Part shown: positions 17,816 through 25,128 of the stretch, piece after piece | Numbering within the stretch: the first letter of the stretch is position 1 | Layout of the letters: the number at the start of each line of letters is the position of its first letter | From: a virus | Taxonomy: Duplodnaviria > Caudoviricetes | Strand: one strand, 5' to 3' | IMG/VR virus record: IMGVR_UViG_3300015370_000002 | Coordinates: 1-45,858 of that record | DNA length: 45,858 bases | The notes under the pieces: model-generated | The model's database searches: none | What the model was told of the DNA's origin: nothing | Seen by the model: the letters and a program-made list of their open reading frames with translations, nothing else | Program-made: the position numbers and the translations under genes

Positions 17816-18313
17816 ATGGCAGATGCAAAACAGCCCAAAGAGGCAACAAGCAAAACAGCCGATTCAATCTTAGGCTCAAAAAGTCGCCTCAAATTTGAAT
17901 ACGTAAAGTTCGAGAATGTCGGCGATAATGTGATAGGTGTTTACGTAGGTAAATTCAAGTCACAATCCGCTAAATATGGCTATTGGCAGGAAAACTACAT
18001 ACTTTTAAGAGAAGCTGATGGAGAGAAAGTAGTAGTATCCGGAAGGAATAACCGCAAGTCAGACGGCGTGCGCGTAATCTATGGAACAGAAAAACTTCCA
18101 ATGGGTGCGCGAGTAGCCTTCATCTTTGATCGAGAAATGGATACCGGCAAAGGTAATCCAGCCAAGATCATAGAAATAGGATACGAAGGCCAAATAGATA
18201 AAGACGCTTATGAGAAATTCAAAACAATGTATAATCTAGATGACATTGAGGAAGCAGCTAGACCTGCTGAACCAACTGACGAGCTAGATTCAAGCATGGA
18301 AGAAGCCCTTTAA
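17816..18313 (+). CDS. Putative single-stranded DNA-binding protein (start re-called at MADAK, 165 aa)
   Basis: OB-fold-like beta pattern (KFENVGDNVIGVYVG...GNPAKII), acidic C-terminal tail; the longer TTG-start extension lies within a leader hairpin. Confidence 0.55.
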   Translation: MADAKQPKEATSKTADSILGSKSRLKFEYVKFENVGDNVIGVYVGKFKSQSAKYGYWQENYILLREADGEKVVVSGRNNRKSDGVRVIYGTEKLPMGARVAFIFDREMDTGKGNPAKIIEIGYEGQIDKDAYEKFKTMYNLDDIEEAARPAEPTDELDSSMEEAL

Positions 18314-18382
18314 TATAGTAGTGGACACTAAAAAACTTTAATAAAAGTGCGAGCATTTAAGTGTCCTAAAATAAAATAAAAG

Positions 18383-18654
18383 ATTAGTCTTTTTAAGCAA
18401 GAGAGGTGGACAGTGAGCCACTAATATAAAGATTGAGAGACTTCGTTCGGTGAGACCGCGTAACGATATAGCCTCACGAGATAGCGAGAGTTCCTCCCTT
18501 AATTGGCCGACTAAGTCGGTGTTACCCTGTGACCGCAGGATACGGTGGATGGAATGGAACCCCATTGATGAGGCAGAAGGTTAAAACAAGGCGTCGGTAC
18601 ACGCCTATCTCAATACTGCAAGTCAAACCTTGCCTCTTGCTTAAAAAGACTAAT
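18383..18654 (+). ncRNA. Candidate structured ncRNA, copy A (tRNA-like scaffold)
   Basis: Perfect 21-bp closing stem; shares GGACAGTGAGCC, GCCGACTAAGT and ACTGCAAGTCAAACCTTGCCT with 24909-25124. Confidence 0.75.
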
Positions 18655-18664
18655 AAGGAATAAT

Positions 18665-18856
18665 ATGAAAAGAAGAGTTAAAATATGTAAATGTGGTGGC
18701 ATGTTGACAGCTAAAAAGTTTATTGAGGTGGAAGAATGTGAAACCTATAAAGAATTTATAAGAAGAATAGAATTTGTTAAAGAAAATGTATTGTGGGTAC
18801 ATCAATGTAATAAATGTTTGTTAGATAAGATATATCAACAACCACAAAGTGAATAA
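18665..18856 (+). CDS. Small zinc-ribbon-like protein
   Basis: CKCGG...HQCNKC; AAGGA upstream of the start. Confidence 0.65.
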   Translation: MKRRVKICKCGGMLTAKKFIEVEECETYKEFIRRIEFVKENVLWVHQCNKCLLDKIYQQPQSE

Positions 18857-19079
18857 TATGGAAAGTATATTAAACAAGACAAACCACATAAGTAACCAAT
18901 ATGCCGATCTAGTAGAACAGGCTAGAGAATATATTGATGAGAGTGAATTTATAATGAATGTAATAGAATTTTATGATGAGAGAGGCTTTATAACAGAAAA
19001 ACAAGCAACCGGTTTAGAAAATTGGATAGATAGTATAGAACAAGAAGATTACTATCCTTATGATCCACTATGGGATTAA
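18849..19079 (+). CDS. Acidic hypothetical protein (likely start ATG 18858)
   Basis: ESEFIMNV..FYDERGFITEKQ motif. Confidence 0.65.
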   Translation: MNNMESILNKTNHISNQYADLVEQAREYIDESEFIMNVIEFYDERGFITEKQATGLENWIDSIEQEDYYPYDPLWD

Positions 19080-19090
19080 CAAATAAATAT

Positions 19091-19285
19091 ATGGACTCAA
19101 TATTAGATAAAAAAAATAGAACAAAGCCAGACTGGAGCCAGTTGCCAGATATCGAGCGCCAGTGCCAATCATGTTTTGAATGGTTCAAAACACAAAGCCG
19201 TTGGGCCAAGCGCTGTCCGGCATGCAAAAAGATTGATGCTCCTTATAGGAAGCAGATAACACAAAAAACAGAGACACCTTTTTAA
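19091..19285 (+). CDS. Small zinc-ribbon protein
   Basis: CQSCFEWF...KRCPAC. Confidence 0.65.
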   Translation: MDSILDKKNRTKPDWSQLPDIERQCQSCFEWFKTQSRWAKRCPACKKIDAPYRKQITQKTETPF

Positions 19286-19289
19286 TAAA

Positions 19290-19451
19290 ATGATACTTAA
19301 AAAAATTACAATTAATGGAGTAGAATATTTCCAGTGGACTTACACCAATTATAGGGAGCGCCCATTTTTAACTACAGTAGGAGATTTATTCTCAAAATGG
19401 AGAGATATCCCAATGGAAAAAGCTAAATTTAAACAACAACTAAGAATTTAA
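19290..19451 (+). CDS. Small hypothetical protein (53 aa)
   Basis: Manual translation MILKKITINGVEYFQWTY...; fills the operon gap. Confidence 0.6.
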   Translation: MILKKITINGVEYFQWTYTNYRERPFLTTVGDLFSKWRDIPMEKAKFKQQLRI

Positions 19452-19455
19452 TAAT

Positions 19456-20004
19456 ATGCAAGAAATAGAAAAAATAGAACAAGAGATATCGGGTTATAAG
19501 ATAATAGAGATACCCGATATTAAAACAGACGGCGATTATTCAAAGGCTAGTGACTCGGTCAAGTTTTTAAACGATAAGTTTAAATATGTTGAAGCAGAGC
19601 GCAAAAAGATGGTGGCACCGCTAGTGGCACAAAACAGATCGATCAATACAGAATTTAAGAAGATGACTGTGCCATTGAAAGAGCTGACTAACTCTGTTAA
19701 GAACCAAATGCTAAAGTACATGGTTAAAAAAGAGAGAGAACAACTAGCATACGAGAAGAAAATGCTAGAAGATAACAAGGACAAAGGCACGCTGATAGTT
19801 GATGACAAAGTATCAGACATAAAGCAGAGTGAATTTAGTAGTAATACCAAAAAGACAACTACTAAGTACCGGGTAAAGGACAAATACCTAGATACGATAG
19901 TGGACATTAAACAAAACTTATTAAAGCTCTATCTAAAAGACAAGCCATTGCCAGATTGGATGGAGGAATATGAGGTTGAGTCAATAATTGTTAGAACTAA
20001 ATAA
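19456..20004 (+). CDS. Coiled-coil phage protein of recombination modules
   Basis: VEAERKKMVAPL...INTEFK helical pattern; no function assigned. Confidence 0.6.
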   Translation: MQEIEKIEQEISGYKIIEIPDIKTDGDYSKASDSVKFLNDKFKYVEAERKKMVAPLVAQNRSINTEFKKMTVPLKELTNSVKNQMLKYMVKKEREQLAYEKKMLEDNKDKGTLIVDDKVSDIKQSEFSSNTKKTTTKYRVKDKYLDTIVDIKQNLLKLYLKDKPLPDWMEEYEVESIIVRTK

Positions 20005-20005
20005 T

Positions 20006-20116
20006 ATGTATCCCACCGGCCTAGAATTTTTTATACTAATAGCAAGGATAGTAGTAGTACTAGCCTGTATAAGTTTTATTGGCTGGCTAGTCATCTCTAT
20101 GATACAAGGCAAATGA
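20006..20116 (+). CDS. Single-TM micropeptide (36 aa)
   Basis: MYPTGLEFFILIARIVVVLACISFIGWLVISMIQGK; ATGA overlap with the helicase. Confidence 0.6.
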   Translation: MYPTGLEFFILIARIVVVLACISFIGWLVISMIQGK

Positions 20117-21480
20117 TAAAAATATTAATTAACAATAAGATAAAGATATCCGGACTTAGCACTGAAAGACAGAAGCTGTTTAAGAAGTTGTTAACATTAG
20201 ACAACCCAATCTATCACCTCATGAAGGCTATGAAGAAGTCGCTATACGCAGTGCCTAGAGTGATCAAATATTATAGCTACCTCGGAGATGACATAGTGAT
20301 ACCGAGGGGTATGCTATCAAGATTAAAAACCTACTTAGAGAAGTACAATATACCTCATGAGATAACAGATAGGAGAGTAGAAACAAAACTAGCTTTTGAA
20401 CTGCCAGAATTTGAACTAAGAGACTACCAAAAGGAGACTATGGATAAGATATTTCCAATGAATGCTGATCCACAAGAAGGAGTGGTAACAATGACGACAG
20501 GATCTGGTAAAACGGCATGCGCAATAGAAATAACCCGGAGACTTGGGCTACAAACCACTATTATAGTACCCAACAGAGTGCTTTTAAGGCAGTTTGTGAG
20601 CGAATTCAAGAAGTTTGTGGACTATGACGTGGGAGTATTGTATAGCGCGGAGAAGATAATCAAACCAATAACAGTGGTAACATGGAACATACTAGGCAAT
20701 AAAGAGCGGTTAAAAGAAATTGTTGATCAAACCGGAGTGATGATCATAGATGAAATTCAAGGATGTGTGTCACCTAAAAGAAAGAAAACACTGCAATCAT
20801 TTCGGGCAAAGTACATGTATGGGCTGACAGCTACTCCCATGCGAACAGATGGCCAGACAGACGCGATATTCTTCCTAATGGGCCAAGAGATAGAGAACTA
20901 TGTTGGTAAACAAATGCAACCAAGAATAGAATGCTGGCACACAAAAGAAAAGATACCAATACGCCCAGAGTACCATGAGATGATAGATGAGATGGTGGAA
21001 AATGAAAGCCGGAACAAATTAATAACATACATAGTAATGGACGAGATCAACGCCGGTAGAAAGGTACTAGTGCTAACAAAGAGAATCCAGCATTATGAGA
21101 ATATAAGAAAAATAATGCCAGATTGGGGAGAGATATACTATATAGATAGCAAAGACCCGGACCGGGACTGGATGTTAAATGGAATGAAGACCGGTTGCAT
21201 AGACTTTAATGTAATATTCGGGACTACGAGTCTGTTAGCGGTAGGCACAGATATCCCCTGCCTGGACACAGTAGTAATAGCTTGCGACATGAAGTCACCG
21301 GTTCTAACAACGCAGTCAATAGGTCGAATAAGGAGATTATTTGAAGGCAAGACAGATCCTAAAGTGGTTGATCTACACGACACCTTAAACTATAAACTTA
21401 ATAACCAAGCAAAGTGTAGAATGAAACTCTATAAAGAGAAGGGGTGGAAATATAAATATGTAAATTCAGATATATGGTAA
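20113..21480 (+). CDS. Superfamily 2 helicase (UvsW/ResIII-like)
   Basis: LRDYQ Q motif, TGSGKT, DEIQ, LTATP, GTDIP, QSIGRIRR. Confidence 0.92.
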   Translation: MIKILINNKIKISGLSTERQKLFKKLLTLDNPIYHLMKAMKKSLYAVPRVIKYYSYLGDDIVIPRGMLSRLKTYLEKYNIPHEITDRRVETKLAFELPEFELRDYQKETMDKIFPMNADPQEGVVTMTTGSGKTACAIEITRRLGLQTTIIVPNRVLLRQFVSEFKKFVDYDVGVLYSAEKIIKPITVVTWNILGNKERLKEIVDQTGVMIIDEIQGCVSPKRKKTLQSFRAKYMYGLTATPMRTDGQTDAIFFLMGQEIENYVGKQMQPRIECWHTKEKIPIRPEYHEMIDEMVENESRNKLITYIVMDEINAGRKVLVLTKRIQHYENIRKIMPDWGEIYYIDSKDPDRDWMLNGMKTGCIDFNVIFGTTSLLAVGTDIPCLDTVVIACDMKSPVLTTQSIGRIRRLFEGKTDPKVVDLHDTLNYKLNNQAKCRMKLYKEKGWKYKYVNSDIW

Positions 21481-21722
21481 AAAGAAATAATACGCAGATT
21501 TTATCAATCTTACGCCACAACAAGATATCAGTGTATAAATTTGTGAAAGAGATGGGCTTTGACCCGGTAAAGGATCTAAGCCGTTGGATATTAAGAATGG
21601 ACGGCACGTTTATGCTGTCAGCATTTGAAAAAGACTTAATGCTAAATACGCTCGAAAGGTTGACCGGCAACAGCGGTATAGACATGGCCCTAGTACGTCC
21701 AGACAAGTACCGAGCACTTTAA
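21474..21722 (+). CDS. Hypothetical, possibly HTH DNA-binding protein
   Basis: ISVYKFVKEMGF...LSRW resembles a Cro-like HTH; weak. Confidence 0.5.
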   Translation: MVKRNNTQILSILRHNKISVYKFVKEMGFDPVKDLSRWILRMDGTFMLSAFEKDLMLNTLERLTGNSGIDMALVRPDKYRAL

Positions 21723-21738
21723 TAATTAACATAGGGGT

Positions 21739-22143
21739 ATGTATAATGAAAAATCCTTGACTGCTGCTTTCAGTAAATGGCTAAGAAAAAATAGATGGGA
21801 TAGTAATATGACAAAGACAATGGCGATTGAATTTAAGATATGCAAGAAAAGACGACTGAATTTTAACTCTGACTTCCAACCGCACCAATTAATGATGTTA
21901 GATGAAGCAAGTAAGGGTTGTGTATACCATAAGATAAGCGATGCCTCGCCCGGGAGCAAACCATTCGACAGCTTTCAAATATGTCATGCTGACAGCTATG
22001 TGGGAGTCATGTGGTATGTACCGCGCAAAGAGAAAAAGCTGTACATGATAAAGATCAAAGATATATTGACAGTATCAGCCAAGCAGAAGTCAATCACAAG
22101 AACTGACGCAAGAGACTTGGCTACTAAAATAATAAAGTTATAA
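21739..22143 (+). CDS. PD-(D/E)xK nuclease, RecU-like Holliday junction resolvase
   Basis: AIEFK, FQPHQ, HKISD...KPFD. Confidence 0.65.
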   Translation: MYNEKSLTAAFSKWLRKNRWDSNMTKTMAIEFKICKKRRLNFNSDFQPHQLMMLDEASKGCVYHKISDASPGSKPFDSFQICHADSYVGVMWYVPRKEKKLYMIKIKDILTVSAKQKSITRTDARDLATKIIKL

Positions 22144-22259
22144 ACTGTGCTCGCCTCTTGGTGAGAGATGAGGTTGAAATATGTTGGAGAACGCCATGAT
22201 GGCTAGTACCTAGTATTGTACCCCGCCTCTCACCTTTGGCAGGCACTGTAAATAGATAT

Positions 22260-22631
22260 ATGGAACAAGAAAAAACAAAATGGTGGGAATATATAATAGT
22301 AGTTGTAATAACTATTTTTACAGGTATAGGTATATACACAACAATCGGTCTAGCATTTGACTATATAGAAGAAGAAATAATTTTACCCACACCAGAACAT
22401 ATTTTTTATAGTGATGTCACCACTACCATTCATGCTGAACCTCACAAAGTTCCTACTGAACCAACCAAAACAAGAGTAATGACATCTGAAGAAGAAGAAT
22501 ATTCTTTTTTAGCAGTACCGCCAGCTAACTGCAAAAAATGGAAAGACGCTGATGGTGTAGGATATACAAACGTCTATGTAAATAACGGCACTATCTATGG
22601 GACAACCGAGATGTGCGATAACTATCAATAA
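22260..22631 (+). CDS. Membrane-anchored hypothetical protein
   Basis: IIVVVITIFTGIGIYTTIGLAF transmembrane segment; ATG at 22260. Confidence 0.6.
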   Translation: MEQEKTKWWEYIIVVVITIFTGIGIYTTIGLAFDYIEEEIILPTPEHIFYSDVTTTIHAEPHKVPTEPTKTRVMTSEEEEYSFLAVPPANCKKWKDADGVGYTNVYVNNGTIYGTTEMCDNYQ

Positions 22632-22632
22632 T

Positions 22633-22800
22633 ATGCCAAAAGTAGTAGCACCAAAACCAGAGCCAATATCAGATTTTGTTAAAGAATATAAATATTCCAT
22701 TCGGTTCTCTAAAAAGACATTCAGAATCTTAAAAGAAATTGACGAGTGTAAATGGTGGGAGTTTTTTAAACGTAGACGATTAATCAAATTAATCAAGTAA
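22633..22800 (+). CDS. Small basic hypothetical protein
   Basis: MPKVVAPK...KWWEFFKRRRLIKLIK after TAAtATG. Confidence 0.55.
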   Translation: MPKVVAPKPEPISDFVKEYKYSIRFSKKTFRILKEIDECKWWEFFKRRRLIKLIK

Positions 22801-22801
22801 T

Positions 22802-22894
22802 ATGAAGTGGCTACTAAAAGGAATATTCTTTATGATGATATTAGCAGTAGCTATTTGGGTAGCGTGTGCATTAATAATTTATATAAATATATAA
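22802..22894 (+). CDS. Single-TM micropeptide (30 aa)
   Basis: MKWLLKGIFFMMILAVAIWVACALIIYINI after TAAtATG. Confidence 0.5.
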   Translation: MKWLLKGIFFMMILAVAIWVACALIIYINI

Positions 22895-23055
22895 TCTCTT
22901 GCAATCTAAGGGTGTTGACTACGGGGAAACTAAGACCCGTTGCTGGCAGAGAAATAACCAGCTCTGCTCTAAGCATACAACAGTCGTGAGCCTGTCGCAG
23001 GTCTGTTGGTAACAGGTAGCCGAATGCGTAAAACACACCCTTAGTTTGGAGGAGA
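22895..23055 (+). ncRNA. Candidate multi-stem structured RNA
   Basis: CTAAGGGTGT/ACACCCTTAG closing stem; internal ACGGG/CCCGT, GCTGG/CCAGC, CAACAG/CTGTTG and CCTG/CAGG. Confidence 0.55.
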
Positions 23056-23096
23056 CAAGCCCATAACATTGGGTATTAATTAATAAGTTAAATTAT

Positions 23097-23366
23097 ATGG
23101 GTGAAGACACTTCATTCGAACAACAGAGCCCAGTTGGAACAGCGCGTACACTAACCTACGGGGAAAAAGCAGTAGGTTTAAGTTTTAATCCAGGTGGACA
23201 CAAACAAGTAGACGCTATAAAGACAAAGTATGCAGAAATTATTGATATGATGAATGATTTTCGTACAGAAGTTGGACAATCAGAAGCAGGAAGACTTGCA
23301 TCTGTAGCAATCACAGAAGCACAAGCGGCTCAAATGTGGGCAGTAAAAGCTATTACTTGGAAATAA
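23097..23366 (+). CDS. Acb2/Tad1-like cyclic-nucleotide sponge (anti-defence) protein
   Basis: GLSFNPGG...VDAIK...RLASVAITEAQAAQMWAVKAITW helical-hairpin signature, recognised from memory. Confidence 0.6.
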   Translation: MGEDTSFEQQSPVGTARTLTYGEKAVGLSFNPGGHKQVDAIKTKYAEIIDMMNDFRTEVGQSEAGRLASVAITEAQAAQMWAVKAITWK

Positions 23367-23411
23367 CCTCTTCTCCCAGCCCACTTATCTGGGTTGGATA
23401 GAGGAGGTAAA

Positions 23412-23510
23412 ATGTACCAAATAATCGCTGAATGGCTAAAGAAACTAGTGGGCATGGAGATGACAGAAGAAGACTGGGACATGTGGTTCAAGTCAAGAAG
23501 ATGGAAATAG
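23412..23510 (+). CDS. Trp-rich micropeptide (32 aa) with hairpin-occluded SD
   Basis: GAGGAGGTaaaATG; MYQIIAEWLKKLVGMEMTEEDWDMWFKSRRWK. Confidence 0.6.
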   Translation: MYQIIAEWLKKLVGMEMTEEDWDMWFKSRRWK

Positions 23511-23556
23511 GAGGATAGGCCTAGCAGTGCCTTTGAACTGCTTAATAATAAAATAT

Positions 23557-23645
23557 GGCAGTGGTAGCTCATTGGTAGAGCAAGAGGGCTTATAATCCTC
23601 CGCACTGCGTGAAATGTAGTAGGTTCGATTCCTACCTACTGCCCC
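23557..23645 (+). tRNA. Atypical tRNA, anticodon TAT (nominally Ile, reads AUA), long variable arm
   Basis: D arm GCTC-ATTGGTA-GAGC, anticodon arm GAGGG-CTTATAA-TCCTC, T arm GTAGG-TTCGATT-CCTAC, acceptor GGCAGTGG/CTACTGCC. Confidence 0.8.
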
Positions 23646-23668
23646 TAATTAATTAACTAATAAAATGT

Positions 23669-23773
23669 ATGGAGAAAGAGAATCAATTATTTGCTAGTAT
23701 TTTATCAAAAGTGTTTTGGGTAGCTTTATTGGGTTCACTTATAGCAAATATAATTGTACTGCTAACTAACTAA
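23669..23773 (+). CDS. Single-TM micropeptide (34 aa)
   Basis: MEKENQLFASILSKVFWVALLGSLIANIIVLLTN. Confidence 0.5.
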   Translation: MEKENQLFASILSKVFWVALLGSLIANIIVLLTN

Positions 23774-23784
23774 TTAATAAATAT

Positions 23785-24207
23785 ATGAAAAAAATACCTC
23801 TAACCCCAAAGAATCCAGACAATAAACACTTAAAAGCCTATTCTAAAGCAGTAGAAGAAGGTGGTAAATTGAATAAGAGTATGGAGAAAAAACTAACATT
23901 AACATTTGATTCCAACAAATTATTAAAAAACATTCTTGAAATTGACACCAGTGTACATGGTCAAATTAAAAGAAAAGTAGAAGAACGATTAGTTGATAAT
24001 TTAGTTAGTGATATAGAGGATGAATTTTTTGGTGATAAATGGAATGGTAAAAAAGAAATAGCTGATAGAGTTTTAGATGACCTTGGGGAAAAACAAGAAG
24101 AATTGGTAAAGAAAATATTAAGAAAGTTTTATGATAGCTATAAATATAAAAAAGCAGACCTAACTATTCTTAAAAAATTAAATGAATTTTTAGAAGATAA
24201 TGAATAA
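23785..24207 (+). CDS. Hypothetical protein
   Basis: 140-aa helical ORF. Confidence 0.65.
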   Translation: MKKIPLTPKNPDNKHLKAYSKAVEEGGKLNKSMEKKLTLTFDSNKLLKNILEIDTSVHGQIKRKVEERLVDNLVSDIEDEFFGDKWNGKKEIADRVLDDLGEKQEELVKKILRKFYDSYKYKKADLTILKKLNEFLEDNE

Positions 24208-24460
24208 TATGCTAAATAAACTAAAATCTATATTGCCTGAGAAAATAGGCAAAAACTATATTGACAAAGAAGCTAGGCATTTCGGACAAGGTTGGAACGA
24301 ATGTCTTAATAATACAGAAGCCCTAATACCAGATATGCTGGCTTTGATTAGAGAGGAGATTGAGGGAGAGAAAAGCAACTATCCATTCTGTGATGATACT
24401 GCTGATTGGCGTAGAGGATATACAGAAGCAATAGACGACATACTAAATATATTAAAATAA
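24200..24460 (+). CDS. Hypothetical protein
   Basis: GWNECL and GYTEAIDDIL motifs typical of small phage accessory proteins. Confidence 0.65.
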   Translation: MNNMLNKLKSILPEKIGKNYIDKEARHFGQGWNECLNNTEALIPDMLALIREEIEGEKSNYPFCDDTADWRRGYTEAIDDILNILK

Positions 24461-24707
24461 ATATGAAAGTTCATAAAATAGAAATGATTATCTGCGACCC
24501 AAACGGAGAATACGAAGATATTAAAGATGTTATTTGTGATATTGAAAATTATATAACTGAACCGATAATCCATATCGTAAAAACCCAAACAAAAGAAGCT
24601 GGTGAATGGAAAGACAATAGCCCCCTAAATTTTACCGCAAAGAGAGCTAATAATTACTTTGGAAAATTAGATAAATAAGACATACTAAATATATTAAAAT
24701 AAATATG
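24437..24707. repeat. 29-bp direct repeat flanking gene 24463..24678
   Basis: GACATACTAAATATATTAAAATAAATATG at 24437-24465 and 24679-24707. Confidence 0.9.
24463..24678 (+). CDS. Hypothetical protein
   Basis: MKVHKIEMIICD...GEWKDNSPLN. Confidence 0.7.
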   Translation: MKVHKIEMIICDPNGEYEDIKDVICDIENYITEPIIHIVKTQTKEAGEWKDNSPLNFTAKRANNYFGKLDK

Positions 24708-24908
24708 TGGAAAGAAGAATTTGATAAAACTAAATTAGCCACTCAAGGTGGTAGTTGTTGGGAATGTTGCGATTATGAAGATATGGTTTTAGAAATGGAG
24801 CAATTCATCTCCTCACTCTTAGAAAAACAAAAACAAGAATACGAAGACACAATAATGGAGATAGAAAAGATACACCAAGAAGAAATAATTAAATTATTGG
24901 ATAGATAG
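24705..24908 (+). CDS. Hypothetical protein
   Basis: MWKEEFD...EQFISSLLE, similar to the N-terminus of 16698 (MWREDL...EQFIEELLE). Confidence 0.65.
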   Translation: MWKEEFDKTKLATQGGSCWECCDYEDMVLEMEQFISSLLEKQKQEYEDTIMEIEKIHQEEIIKLLDR

Positions 24909-25124
24909 TTGTCTTTTCTTTGGGATAGTTGCGGACAGTGAGCCGTATTGGCTAAATTACAACTAAAGCCGACTAAGTACCCGATATTGAAATATTATAT
25001 CGGTTGTGTAGAGAAGTGAGTGAGAGGTAGTTGTAAAATCTCGACAGCTCTTACGATTTAATTAATCGTAGGAACCAACCCTACACTGCAAGTCAAACCT
25101 TGCCTATCCCAAAGAGGAGGACAA
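24909..25124 (+). ncRNA. Candidate structured ncRNA, copy B (tRNA-like scaffold)
   Basis: Closing stem TTGTCTTTTCTTTGGGATAG / CTATCCCAAAGAGGAGGACAA; same three conserved blocks as copy A. Confidence 0.75.
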
Positions 25125-25128
25125 TCAA

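Noticed and set aside
18338-18565. 75-aa minus-strand ORF, and ORFs 22807..22989 and 22851..23069
   Set aside because: They overlap structured RNA candidates, run antisense or out of operon context, and show no protein motifs.
18383-18654. tmRNA or group I intron identity for RNA copy A
   Set aside because: No GGGG 5' end, G3:U70 or CCA end; the GAGACTT/GATATAGCC resemblance to intron R/S elements does not form P7 and is absent from copy B.
21474-21722. Lysogeny module
   Set aside because: Only a weak HTH-like ORF; no integrase, CI-like repressor or ParA recognised.
23589-23595. Ochre suppressor reading (TTA anticodon) and stop-codon recoding
   Set aside because: The 7-nt loop CT-TAT-AA centres on TAT; long genes are intact in the standard code and TAA, TAG and TGA all end genes.
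18383-25124. CRISPR array or IS/MITE explanation for the shared blocks
   Set aside because: Only two copies 6.5 kb apart with no repeat-spacer periodicity; the terminal stems differ in sequence; no transposase or cas gene seen.
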